Of a DNA stretch of 64,000 nt, positions 35,271 to 48,214 are shown piece after piece. Under the pieces are notes generated by a model. The model was not told the DNA's origin, ran no database searches, and worked only from the letters and a program-made list of their open reading frames with translations. This DNA comes from Rhizodiscina lignyota. Its lineage: Eukaryota. The stretch covers positions 1,302,001-1,366,000 of the forward strand of contig ML978123.1 of NCBI GenBank assembly GCA_010015805.1. Reading direction: 5' to 3'. Within the stretch, counting starts at the first letter, position 1. Each line of letters starts with the position of its first letter. The position numbers and the translations under genes were made by a program.

Positions 35271-37034
35271 CTAATGCATGCCCCAATCCGCACTCTTCGC
35301 AATCTGCTTCTGGCACTCGGCCAGAATTTTCGCCTGTCGACCCACATCTGCCATCCGACCAATGACCTGCTTGTTGCCATCAACGAAACCATACAGCGCG
35401 TATGGGATACCGACTTCATTGCAGAACTCCTGAATCAATTTCTGCGTCTTCCTCAGATTGTGTCGTGGGATGCGCGGGTACAGGTGGTGCACAGCTTGGA
35501 ACTGCAGGCCGCCATGGAAGAAATCGAGCCACGGTGGGCACTCGATATCCATTGTCGTACGCAGCATCTTTTGCGGGAACGACTCAGCTGGGCCACAGTC
35601 CTTGGTGCTCATTGCAAAATGCGAAAGTGTGATTTGTGCGTGCACTGGCATAGTGACCATGTGGCTGACCATGAGGTAAGCGAAGCGCTGCCATCCCGTA
35701 GGTACGGTGCAATATAGGATGCCATAGCCGAACCAAGTCCAGAAGAACAGTATGCCTGCCATTTCCAGCCATCTAGTCCACCACGCTGGTCCCTTACGTG
35801 GTGCCTGGCCAGAAAGAAGATACGTGTAGCTGTTGGCATATAAGTTGAAGCGGCCGAAGCACAGCACTGGAAAGTAAAGATGATGTTGATAGCGGATGAG
35901 GAACTTTGCGAAAATGTCGTAATGCATGACTCGGTCGTAATATGTCGATCGTAAGCTCTCAAAGAATCGTGGTGATACTGCGAAGAATGGGACATGTTGA
36001 ATATCGGGGTCATGCTCGGGAGAGTTCGTGACAATGTGGTGAACATTATGGTTGCGCTTCCACCATCCGAGGCTGAGACCACCTATAAAATCGGCAATAA
36101 CAATGCCGATGATTGTGTCGTATGTGAAGTTATGCGTTATGCCCATATGTCCTGCATCATGGGCAGAGAAGACGAGCTGGTGCCAAAACATTCCAAGGAA
36201 GGCGGCACTTGCGATATACCATTTCCAGTACAGGAGGAGCATGCTCGCTGAAAAGAGCAGCGTGTATCGTACTACCTCTCGCAGATAATTTGAGTAATGG
36301 CATTGATACAACCCTTCCGCTTTTATGCGTTCGTTCAATACACGGTATTTTTGAACAATATCTGCTTGTATCTGAGGGTCTAAAGGAGGGTATTCAAAGG
36401 CGTCGAGGTCGAGGACGTGGCCCGTCTGAATATCGACGTGTGACATTTCTGGCTTCTTCGAGGACTCGTTGAGCTCTACGGACGATATCGATGTCGCTGA
36501 GGAAGAGCGTGTGTACGATGCAGACCCCGTCTGCCGTCTTCGATATACTGAGGTTGAGGTCGGATGCTCTACGGCGTCGAAGATTGGTGAAGGTTCCTCT
36601 GAGCCTTCGTCGCTCTCTTCGCTTTTCTCAGTTGAAGGTCTGATTGCAGAAGCTTGCTCCTCTCTCGTCCTAAACTTCCCGCCTTGTATCGGAGGTACGA
36701 AGTTTGTCCACAGCCCTTCGATTCGACCAATCTTGTAAGACATCATTCGTTGCCGAGCTTCAAGTGAGTGGAGTCTGGGGTAGAATGATTAGCCTACTTG
36801 TAATAGACTGCACAAGTGATCGCAAACATACGCTGTAACCTCATCCGTGGCATCCCTTCCCACCATGTGCATGATAGCTTTGTCACCGCCAGGATGATAT
36901 TTCAGCCAGGCATCCACTTTGAGTACCTTGTCATCCACGATAATGATTGTTCTGCCCTCGGCGATGAGCGCTTCGACTGCTTCACGAGAGTAGACGGCAT
37001 TCTGCCGGAGCTGCGAGTGATCCGGCGATTCCAT
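35271..37034 (-). CDS. SLD1: Cytochrome b5-fused sphingolipid delta-8 desaturase
   Basis: HPGG b5 motif; His boxes HDAGH, HNVHH and QAVHH; WLDFFHGGLQFQ. One intron about 36776-36830. Confidence 0.92.
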
Positions 37035-38149
37035 GGCCGAGTTTGCAAAAGAGTGGTTTGATGGAAGGTGTGGAAGGTGCTCCTGAGTTTTGCTTGAGCA
37101 CCTGGAACGTGGGGATGAGGTGTGGGGCGTTTCAATTCGCCAATCAGCGGGCGGCAGGGGCCAACGTTCACAATTGCCCCGAAATCTCTCTGCTGTCGAC
37201 TCGATAAAGATCAACTTCTCTCAGCCTTCAAAGCCTCTTCTCGAAGGCTGAACCCCCGAACATCGGGCTCCACCCACCCAACCGACGCCCAAGATGTGTC
37301 TAAGAAATTGTAGAAGGCCATTACTATCAGAACAATCTAGGACGAAGGAAACTCATTCTGTTATCGTATCGACACAATTGACAATGAAATGGCAACGCTG
37401 CTCTAACATGCCAGCCTCCAAGCGTGCAGAGGGCATAGGTACTAGAAGATGACCCTCCCTAGTGTCAAGTTGACAAGTAAGGCCATCTGGATCATCGATC
37501 CGGTTCTAACTCACCGGATATATACCAACAGTCATCTACGGACTCGGCCAGAAGAGCCAGCCTCCGAGCTGGACGACCGATGGGCTGGCTTGCGCATCTT
37601 CTAAGAAGGATAAATCGTTTACTAGACACGCTATCCACATTACTAGAGGTGATCTGCATACCATTTGAGATGATGTCCTCGTTTGCGCATTGATGTTTGC
37701 GTTCACCCACCACGGAACACTGGAAGTCGATTGTAGCCTCCGATCAGCCACGAGTACCGGAGTGAGGAGCAAGTATTGCTCAGACATTACTTTCTGCACA
37801 TGCATTCTCCGCGGATCAGTTTCGTATTATCGCTTTCTTCTGTTTTCTCCATCTATGATACTCCTCCGCGTTGCCTGGTCAGATGGAATGCCCATTTATT
37901 TGCTGCATGTCCCCACCACAGGAATGGAAAATAGTACACAGTGATCATGACCACATAGATATCTCAGGGACTGACAGAAAATCATTCTTTCTATCCGACT
38001 CATTTTACTCTATTCAATTTACCTTTCTTAGCTCCAATTCCTTAGGACTGTCGCTACCAATAATATCTCATCACTCTCTCAAGAGAAACATAGTACACTC
38101 ACTTTGTCCCTAATCATCATACTCACTCAATGCTGCCGACATCAGAACC

Positions 38150-38917
38150 ATGAGATACACAATCATTTTCCTTACCATACTGGCGGAAGCCATAGCCCGC
38201 CCAAGCAACACAGATGTCAACACGCAAGCGGCAGCTCTCGCTGCAAAATTTCCATCATGTGCGGTATGTCTTGTTTCGCTTTCTGATTGAGAATATGTAT
38301 ATCGTTTCGCAAGCGTTTTCTATCGTCAACACTGACATATTGCAGGAGGATTGTGCGACGAAAGCAATTACCGCAGCAGGCTGCGCTCTCGACAACTACG
38401 CTTGTGCGTGCTGGCACCTCAACCCTATTGAGCAATCTGCGCAACCATGTCTTACGAATAGTACCTGCATGCCGCAAGATACAACAAGTGAGTATCTTTG
38501 TTCTCTTATTGACCTTTCATTCACTTTTATATGCGACGATTTCACCTTCATAGTCGCTGCTTGCATCGTCTGCCCCTCCCCTCGCACTACTAACGCCATC
38601 CAGAGCTAATGGCAACCATATCGGAGATCTGCGCTCTCTACACTACTCCCAACATCACAATGTCCGCCTTCCCGACCATGACGCCGCCAGCAAACATGAG
38701 TAGCTGGAATGCCACCGTGACGACGACGTCGTGCTCGACAACGGAGACACCCAGCTCGATAGCTGAAGAGAGCACCACTCCTAGTAGGAGCGAGCCAGCT
38801 GGAAGCACGAGTACTAGTGCGGAGCCAGCATTGGAAACGGCCAACGGAGCGATGATGGTGGGCATAGAGATGGGCGTTCTTGGTGTTGTTGTTGGCATAG
38901 GAATGACGATGCTGTAG
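38150..38917 (+). CDS. Secreted, probably GPI-anchored CFEM-domain protein
   Basis: Signal peptide MRYTIIFLTILAEAIA; eight Cys over three exons (FPSCA|EDC..GC..ACAC..PCL..TC..|..IC); Ser/Thr-rich stalk; hydrophobic C-terminal tail after ANGA. Confidence 0.85.
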
Positions 38918-39325
38918 TGTTGACTGATGTATTCAGGACGTCATCAGGAACGCGTGTGAATTTCTTCTGCATTGCATAGAGAAGGGATACTAATACGATT
39001 AACGGCCGATCATTTTTGCATGGCATAGACGGTAATTGGGATAAAATTAATCTAATGGTAATACAGATATCATACCCATTAATGATAATCTTCATTGTAT
39101 AACTCGTTACACTTTGTCTACTTCGGAGGTGATGGAGGAGTATTGTCGCGCTAGACGCCCAATATGGAAAGGTGGCATTTCGGAGTGAGCGACTTCGGCT
39201 TCTCCTGAGGAATGGACAGCTGCGTTTCGTGATGTGATGGCAATTTCTGTCAAATTCTTGTCGATATAGCTGAATCTCCAAGTTTGCCCCTTTCTGACTT
39301 TACGGAACCTTTACAAATGCGTAAT

Positions 39326-39695
39326 TCAGTCGACGGTATCCAACTCTTCCTCATCCAAGCAGCTCAAGATTCGTCGTACTACCAGATCGATGGAGCGACA
39401 TGACCTCGAAGCGTAGTCGAGAAGCCTCCTTTCTCTTCGTGCGAAATAAACTTCCAAAGGGTCATTGCTTCGCAGTAACCCTCGTAGAAATCCAGAAGAA
39501 CTAGCCTCTGGTGGCTGTTTCTGATCTTTGAGAACCATGAACTGCTTGAGTCGCCAAACGGGAAGACATGTAACTCTGGGAGAGTCAGGCAGAAGAGCCT
39601 CGAGACCTCTGAACTTTTGCGGCTCCTGCAGAAGGCCATAACGGCCCATCAATTCAATGAGCGAGTAGACCTTGCTGGAATTCCAATAGTGGCTC
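39326..39695 (-). CDS. Possible terminal exon or remnant of an unknown gene
   Basis: Open frame of about 120 codons (SHYWNSSKVYSLIELMGRYG...ELDTVD*) preceded by a possible TAG acceptor. No clean upstream exon found. Confidence 0.3.
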
Positions 39696-40339
39696 TAGCT
39701 GGCGGCCATTGCGGAGCGCAAGGAGGGCAGTATGAGCTCGAAATTGCGGCTCACTGAGACTATCAAGATCCCAATGAAAGCCACACGCCATACTTCAAAT
39801 AACCGAAAAGAAGGGATTCAAAACCCTTATTCGACATCTGAAGTGCTCGTGAAGCGGAATAAAATGATTCCAGGATTGCGGAGAGTCCTTCAGCGAGGTT
39901 CCATCTTCAGTCTTGCTCTTGTGCTACAAACGCGGCCATTGCTATCAAGGGTCGCAATGATGCACACGTGGTCTTGGATGATTTGACCTTCGGGCAAACT
40001 TAATATGTGCCACTTGAAGATTTATGTTCGTGAGTCCAAAGAAATTAAGCTCTATATCACCAGGGAACAGACCGAAACCGCAAAAACCAGTTCGCATCTC
40101 TGTTGACAACACCGATAGGCTCCGAGTCTCTTTGCACGCTCATCTTTCGAAGCTGTCCTGCAAGCATGATGCCCCTATGCTTTTTGGTAACCTTCCAAGT
40201 ATAAAGCCCCTCTATGCCATGCCATAATTCCTTCTCCCAATAAGCCAATGAGCTATCAGATCCGTGATGAAATCCATATCCCCATAGTCAGCCTCAGCCA
40301 CGAAATTCTCAATGTCGGTGTCCGCGGTCATCAGTCTTC

Positions 40340-42628
40340 TTAAATCATGAAAGCATCGAACTTGTCCAGAGAGTCTTCTAGTAGTTTTCTGCGTTCGCCG
40401 AGTCGCTCTCTCGCTTTGGCGATGCAGGCGGGCTCTTTGGCCAACCTCGCGATCTCCTCATCTGTGAGTTGACTGATTGGTTTGGGGTCGAGTAAGACCT
40501 TGTGGAGATCGCGAACCAAGTGACGGTCAATGACTTGGACCGTGACAGTGTCGATGAAGTATTTGAGGTAGTTGTTGTAGTAGACGAGCATCAAATCGAG
40601 TGCCTTCGCGGTCGAACTTTCGGCGGGGAGCTCAAGTCTTCTGAGAGCAGTCATCGTCGCGCCAGGCGTCTCAATATTGCCGCGGTTTGCTTCGAAAAGT
40701 CTGTGCATCCGAGCATTATCTTTCCTTGCTTGTATGATCTCGGCTTTGTTCTTCAGGTACTGGCTGTATGCAATGGCGCGCTCATCCTTGTCCTCGATGA
40801 TCCGGTTCAGCTCGAGAAAGGCAGCGTCAACCCTCTTCTTATACGCCTTATGAACCTGCTCAAATAGTCTTTCTTGAACGTCATTGACAGCTACATGCTG
40901 AAGCGCTTGTCGGAGGAACTTCAATATCAGCGCTTTGACATTGAGGATGTGGGCTTCAGCTATGCTTTTCCACGGCTTTGACTGCTCTCGGAAGAGTTCC
41001 GAAACGAGATCAGCATTTATAACGCCAGGAAACTCTGTACCACGAATATGCTGATACTTCTTGAAGACCCAGGCCTGAGCCTCGTCGGGTGTCATTAAAA
41101 ATGGCAATTGGAGCCGCATCATACTGTACTCGTCGCCATTCCTTGTACCGTCAGTTGCACGTCTTGCGAAGCTGTAAATTATATGGTACTTACATCGTCG
41201 CGGTGCTTGCTCTTGAAGATGTACGATGTGCAGCTCCTAGTATATTGAGCCTAGAATCCGCCTCGACAGCCCCATCTTCTTCGCGATATCTCTTGAGACC
41301 GACGAGTTCATACATATGTCCACGTTCCGACATAGCTTTCATAAAGAGCCTGTTAAGGGCATCTGTAGCCGAGCGAGGACGATTGGAATTGACAGATGAT
41401 TCGGGGCCTGATTCAGGTTCATGAATGTCAAAGAATTCAAGGTCATAAGTGAGTCGGTTGTCAACTGCAGCGCGGATGAGATCCCGGGCATTGACATCAA
41501 CGGCATTGATATAACGACGCTGTTCACCGGAACTTCCCCGGCTTGTGCCCAACTTGGAGATGCTACTCTGGGTTGCGGTCAAACTGTTCTGAATCTCGAT
41601 CTGAACTTTCGGCAGCTCTTCCTTCAAGTGTTCGTGGAGAATATGAGCGAGGCGCTCTCGAAGCGTTTCAATCCCTCGATGCTCGGGTTCGAGCCGCGCC
41701 CAGCTCCCACTGGCAAAGAAAGCCATCTCGGATGCATGGCGTTGCTGGAGCGTGAATGCGTGTTCGTCATCGCCGCGGTTCTTAAGTACATGCCAACCGA
41801 GGTGGAAGACATGCTCCTCGTTCCTTGCGATCTTTAGCCACTTTTCTTCACTCCTTGAATCATTTAGAACGGTGTCCGGTTTAGTGATGATTCCCAACGT
41901 TCGCTTAAGCTCAGGGTCGGCTCTTCTAGCATGTGTGAGAATTGCCTGGTTAGCCCAGTCGCTTTTCGCTGAAACGACCGCAAGCACAATGGTTCTTCCT
42001 TCTCGGATATACTCATTCATGAGGCCCTCGCAGAAACGGATGTCATTTGCTGACTGGTCTTGACCAGTTGCATGAATCAGCCCAGGCAAGTCTACGACAG
42101 CCCTAGTCCCTAGTCAGTGGAGAGTATGTAGAGACTAGTAAGGCGCTCTTACAGATTTGGCAGCTGAGGTCCACAGATCTTGACCTGGAGCTTATCTTTT
42201 GCGAATGAAGCCGTCCTCCCAGCCAGGTTCAAGCCCATCTCCTCGGAAGCCTGTTCGATCACACCCGGCAGTTCGTCGAAGCACTTCATAGTTCTTCGGA
42301 AAGCGTGAAGTCTTGACGCTTCTTCAGGGCTTCGGCGTGAGTGTGGTCCAATTTCGACAGTTATTGACTCCGTGTCTGAGCGAGACAAAATAGCCTCGGT
42401 AGCAAATCTTGTGCACAGCTCTTGGTCACGCGGAAATGGTATGCCAGTGATGGCCTCCAGGACGGAGGATTTGCCCGATGATTGGTCTCCGCACACAACC
42501 ATGCGCGGAAGAGCTATGACTCGGTCCAAGCCAACTTTTTCGAGTTCCACGAGGAGGTCTAAAGCTTTACTTGCCTGTGCGCTCTGGAGCGACTCAAAAG
42601 CCGCATGTTGCGAGCGATCGGTCACCAT
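40340..42628 (-). CDS. Dynamin-superfamily GTPase, fungal Mx-like type
   Basis: G1 GDQSSGKS, G2 CTRFATE, G3 DLPGLIH, G4 TKPD; stalk RGTEFPG..N...V.ELF.EQS.PW; GED-like C-terminus FID.V..QVI.RHL. Introns about 42104-42151 and about 41143-41191. Confidence 0.9.
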
Positions 42629-43127
42629 GATTAATGAGGAAGGACGAAAAGATGAATGAAGAAAACAGCTTGTGTGGCTGATAGGTGTAGAGGAAAGGAG
42701 AGAAAAGCTGTGAGAAGCTTGTATATATGTGGTAGGAAATGATACGTGAGATGCTTGGTCGCCCAAATAGCGAAAGTTAAATATATGGCCGGTGCACCAG
42801 AATTGCCGCTCGTACTGGAGCCTGTAACTTTGTTGAGGATGCAGCGAAGTAGATGCGTTAGAAGTGAATCTATTTGAAGTAACGGGTCCTTAGTGAAGCA
42901 GTTCTAAAAAGAACCATGAGTTTTGTATACTCAAGGCGGAAGGTAAATTATGGTGTAACGTTAGCTTGCGAAGTTCCGACCGTGAAGGTTCTCATAAAGA
43001 AACTTAAATGCTGTGCAAGGCCTGCTTGTTCGTTGAAATCTTCAGCTCCAGTACCACTGGAGAATAAGATTGGAACAACAAGCCATGTAGCAACCGAATT
43101 CGGATTTCGTGATCGGCACGGTGCTTT

Positions 43128-46100
43128 TCACACTTCCTGTCTCTGCATGAAAGCCTTCCAGTCCGTCTCTTGCTCCTCCTCGCCTAAACCCATCACGCCG
43201 CTTCCCTCATTCCACCCATTCTCCCACCCGTCCATACCAAACAGATGTCTCATAGTCGGTCTACCGTGCGGACAGTTCCAGGGTTTGTCCATCTCCCCCA
43301 TATGCCTAACGACCTTTCCCATCTGAGCGCTGGTCAAATTCCGGCCCACCATAATGCTGGAGCGACAAGCGCGCATCGCAAGCATTCTCCGAACCTTGCT
43401 GGGTCTGATGACTGACTCTACAGAAGTCCCCTGCGAGTCACCGCTATGGTCCTCGCCCAGCAGCGCAATGAGCTCCTCAAGATCTGTGAGACCAAATACG
43501 ACTTCTTTGCTCATGGGAAGGCTGACGAGCCTGCACCGCTGACCGACAGGCTTGTCACCAGAAGTGTCAATTTCTATCTGAAAGCCATTCTGTGACAGTG
43601 CACTTGGGTGTTCGAGGATAATTTCTTCCTCAACCGCGGTAAGTTCGAGCGTTCGAGGCTGCACAAGACGCTGGTTCTGCACGACGGTAGTCGAGGAAAG
43701 GCGTTCAAAATTATATTTCTCATCGGCGGCATGCTGATCAATGATGAATAGTTCATCCGATGAGTGGTTGCTTATGCTGGACGCAGGTCGCAGGGCGAGT
43801 ATAAAGCCGAGGTTGAATTGACCCAGTATGCGCATACGCGCAAAATCTGCTTTTGATACGGTTAGTGAAAGGCGTTCCTCTGCAGTCTTGGCCGCTGCTC
43901 CATTCTGTGACTGAGTCTCTTGCTCATTCATCGAGCTAGTATGCCTTTCCAGAGCAGCGGTCAATTTCTTTAGTCCCTCTTCGATGCGTGATACTGAAGT
44001 TTCGAGGTTTTGAACAAGTTGAAGGGTAGAGTCCTTCCTGGTGCGGCCTTTCAGTGCACTCGTTGCACGCTTAATATTGTCCTGTGTCGGTTTCGCCGCT
44101 GCTTCTTCTGCTTCGGCGATCATTTTTGCAACTCGTGCTTCCTCAAGGGCTTTCTTCTCGGTCTCGTCAACATAGTCGTCGTCTGATTCCTCGCCGTCCT
44201 GAACAAAGAGAGGCGATTTGTCTCGCTTAGCATCATCCAACCCTTCGGTCGCGTCTTCATCGGCGTCATCGACGTCCTCATCTACAGAGGCATCAGATCC
44301 TGGTGCTGGAGTTCCAGGTTCACTACTCGATTGTCCCTCGACGTCCTCAACGTCTTGCTCTTCCTGTTGGCTGAGTTCCTCTTGCGCGGCCTGCATCGTC
44401 ACTTCATCGTCTTCATCCTTTAGCTGGGTTCCAGGAGCGGCAAAAGCACGTAAGCTCTTCCCAAACAGCGGGCTACTTGTGGCCAGTTTCTTTCCATCCA
44501 GGCCAAACTTCGGGGTATGGATTTTCCTCTTTTTATTCGGAGTCCCGAATGTCATATGCGTGGTTGTGTCCCCGATTGTTACGCTGACAGTCTCAGCAGG
44601 CGTACGCTTTGGCCGCATCCGGTCAAACGCATTGGGCACCGGACCTGGTGTGCCCTTCTGCGTCCCAGGTCTTATACTGGGTATCGGAGGCTCATCTGGA
44701 GGCGACAATGCCTCGGGAGGCACTGCGCAATTGTCATTCCGATGTTGATTATCGGATTTGGCACGCTGACTTGCTAGTCTAGCATTGAAGTCTTGGACCC
44801 GTTGAGGAACCTGGTATGTATCTTCTGGATCGCCTTGCAGCATGTCTGAAGCTAAGACAAAGCTCGGGAACACAGGCTCGGCTTCCTCTTCCTCGTTTCT
44901 AAGCGCTTTCGCTGGTTTTAATTTGTCCAGTGAAACCTTGCTCGCTTTCTTGGGGACAGGTGGCTGCTCGCTTCGTTGGCCAGCATTCCTCTCCGCGAAA
45001 TTCTGTATCAGGGGTACTGCTTCGCCTGCACCTGTCGACTGGGTGATTTCAGATGCAGCCGTTGAAGGAGCAGGTGCTGAATGTGGAGGTTCAGTGGAGT
45101 GTTGAACGTCATTCGCTTTATTGGGCTCCTCAGTCGGCTTATTGTCCTTTTTGATTGTCAAGTTTTTGAAACCGGGCAGTTTCTGGTTCGGAAGAGAAGC
45201 CTGCGGTACGCTCTGATCGTGTCTATCGAAAAGTTCTACTAAAGAACTTTTCAGAGACTCCAATAAGGCTGTCTGGTCGTGTAAGAGAATGGTACGCTTA
45301 TCTGGCGATACATTGACATCGTACGCATTTGTGTCCATGAGAAGGTTCGCAAAAATGAACGGAGATTGCGTGACATTATAGGACTTGTATACCTCATTGA
45401 TAGCTTTCGCAACCTGAGGAAGAGTACAAGGGCGGGAATTGACAAAGAACATCTGGCGATCGGGCGTCTGGCGACCTTCTCCAACTACTGGTCGTGAAAT
45501 GTGGCCACGGACTTGAATTTTTTTAGATCCGTCGTCCTGAGTGCCCCAGCTTCGTGCACTTTGAGTGCTAGGTCCACTGGCGGATTGCATCTCCAGTTCC
45601 AGATCAAGGGTAAGGAGTGCTAAGACGGTTTTCGCTCCGTAAACATTCGATATGTTGTCTCTCGTGCTTGAGTTCGACTTCGTTGAGAACGCAACAACTT
45701 TGTTCCTGAGAGTTTGTTAGTATACTGCACAGATCCAGAGATAGAGCGGGTGTACCCTTTTCCAGGATGGTTGCTGACGGAGAATCGCACTCCTGTACTG
45801 ATACAGGCGTACGACTGTAGCAGACTCAGCACTTTGGCATATTCCCTTTTTATATTCTTCTCCAGTTCTTTCCTCCTTACGGGCAAGTTCTGGAATATCT
45901 TCTCTACCGCCACAGTCGTTCCCTTCTGACTGGCAATGACGGACTTGCTCTTGAGCTTCCCAGATTGCTCGAAATCGAGCTTGGTGCCTCGAGGCACATC
46001 GCTTGCTCTCGCAGTGGTTATATGGAAGTTCGAAAGGGCGCAGAGGGAAGATAACGCTTCGCCACGGAAGCCGAAGGTGTGCAGAGACGTGAGGTCATCG

Positions 46101-46514
46101 TAGGACGAAAGCTTTGATGTATAGTGCTTCAATGCTGTAACCCAAAGATTAGCTCAAATTACAACGTATATCATGGTCTCGTTCGGCATACCTATCGTCT
46201 CAAAGTCTTCCGGGGCAATGCCATTGCCATTGTCTTGGACCTCGATAGCATCCAGTCCGTTTCCTTTGAACCGGACATCTAATTCCACGTCAGCTTAGAT
46301 CGACTCGACGAGCCGGAGATGGTATTCTACCAATTGAGGTTGCGCCAGCATCGAGGCTGTTTTCGACCAGCTCTTTTACTACAGAGCATAGATCTACGAT
46401 AACTTGACCAGACTGGATTTGATGGACCTACGACGAGTACATTAGCATCTGCGAAGCAGACAGCAAGATCATGCAACATACCGACCGACCCTCAATGGGC
46501 TTTATTGTAGCCAT
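43128..46514 (-). CDS. PMS1: Mismatch repair endonuclease PMS1 (MutL family; human PMS2 orthologue)
   Basis: [75 protein letters not shown]. Several 5' introns. Confidence 0.97.
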
Positions 46515-46983
46515 ATCAACCCATCGTTGGAGTACTGAAGAGTTGATGCGGCTCTACTCTCTGGAGGTGGCAGCATTTCCAGATGACGCGCCGAACGGAC
46601 GCGAGTTCACATGACTCAGCCCTATCAATTCCACTCTGCGGGCGGATTTCAACGCCACGACGTCCCTTTTACGATTACAAGAGTGGTTCATTTATCTCTA
46701 TTGGGATAGTATGTAGTAAGCTAAAGCTTTTCTATGCTATTTCCTCAACTATCGTTGGCGCTATAAGCGACGTAACCGATGCTGCCGAACTCCGCATCTC
46801 CTTCGGCCCATAGATGTACTCAGCGGAAAGCGTAGATCCACCGAAGTAGTTCATACCGATATTGGAACGAGCTGTCTTTTTATATAAACTTATTACGCCG
46901 TCTTGACATTCCTATAACCTCTAGGCCTTGCTGCGATTCTGCTTGTTCTGGACACTTCCATTTCAGACCTCCAGTTGAACACT

Positions 46984-47466
46984 ATGTCTTACACATCAGA
47001 CACGGCACCGGATCTCGATCCAGAATACAAGAAATATTTCGAAGAGTTTTATAAGCTCTCCGACACTGCCCCTCCGGCTGGCACCGCAGAGACGTACGCG
47101 GAGGAATTCACAGATGACGCAACATTCATCATGGGGGGAAACTTCAACAAGGGTAAAGACGGTGAGTCTTTATACGCCACTTGATCATGAGCATTTTCTT
47201 TCAAATGGCTCTCTGATTGATGCTGTACGGCAGAAATCATCAAGATGAGGAAGGGCATGTGGGAAAAGGTCGCGTCGCGGAAGCACAAGGCCCACAAGAT
47301 CTACACGTTCGGCCCTGGCTCCGACGAAGTTATGCTGTATGGCGATGTAGAGTACGGTATGAAGGACGGCTCGAAAGCTGGGAAGGAATGGGCTGCAAGA
47401 GCAAAGATGGTAAAGGAGGGTGGTAAAGTCAAGATGAGCTTTTATCAAGTGTACTTGAGTGGTTAG
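46984..47466 (+). CDS. Small SnoaL/NTF2-like fold protein
   Basis: YFEEFYKLSD...YAEEFTDDATFIM...|EIIKMRKGMWEKVASRKH...EVMLYGDV.Y...EWAARA...KMSFYQVYL. Intron about 47162-47233; exact 3' end uncertain. Confidence 0.75.
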
Positions 47467-48214
47467 CTGTTATCATAAATGGTTCCATTCAAAGCCAATT
47501 TCCGCCGTCATTGTGGACTCCAGGGCCAGCAAGACGAGACAATCACCAATGGACATGGGCAGAGAACAAGTTATGTGATCGTCTTCTCGTTGATTCTGCT
47601 CTACTCAGCTCCCATACATCATGTTCATCCTCTTACACCTCAACCACCACTGACCCGCCGGGACCCATTCCAGCTACCATCATCGGTTTGAGAAGGAGAA
47701 ACACAAAGACAGAAAAAGCAGAAGTGGTATATTGTTCTTTTGAGACGCAACAAAACGCAAAACACGAACAAGAAGAAGTCCACCGCAAACAGAACGCCTC
47801 CTCGGATATCCATCGCAGTCATTGCCCGCAGCCCATCAACGACGAAGGGAAAAAATAGGTAACATTCCATCTGTCATACATATATCCGGGATATCTCAGA
47901 AGAAAGTTTAGCTTTTCCGGAACAACTCAAGCAGGGGCTTGTTACCGCTGCACCGCTGCTAAGAGAACCGGGGGTATTCAAATAGAAGAGAGTTGATCCA
48001 GCTTGGCTTGGATAGAGGGGGTATTTTGCCGTGAGCTTGAAGTTCAGTCCCGTGGTATCATGGTGTATCTTTTTCGTTTCAAAACCAGAGAAAACAGACA
48101 AAAGCAGTGAAATCAAACTGGGATCGGGCCGGGTGAGGGGATTCGTGATGTTCACAGACGAAGGTGGAATGTCCCCTCGAGCTGGCAAAGCTATCTGGAA
48201 ATAGCCGCACACAG

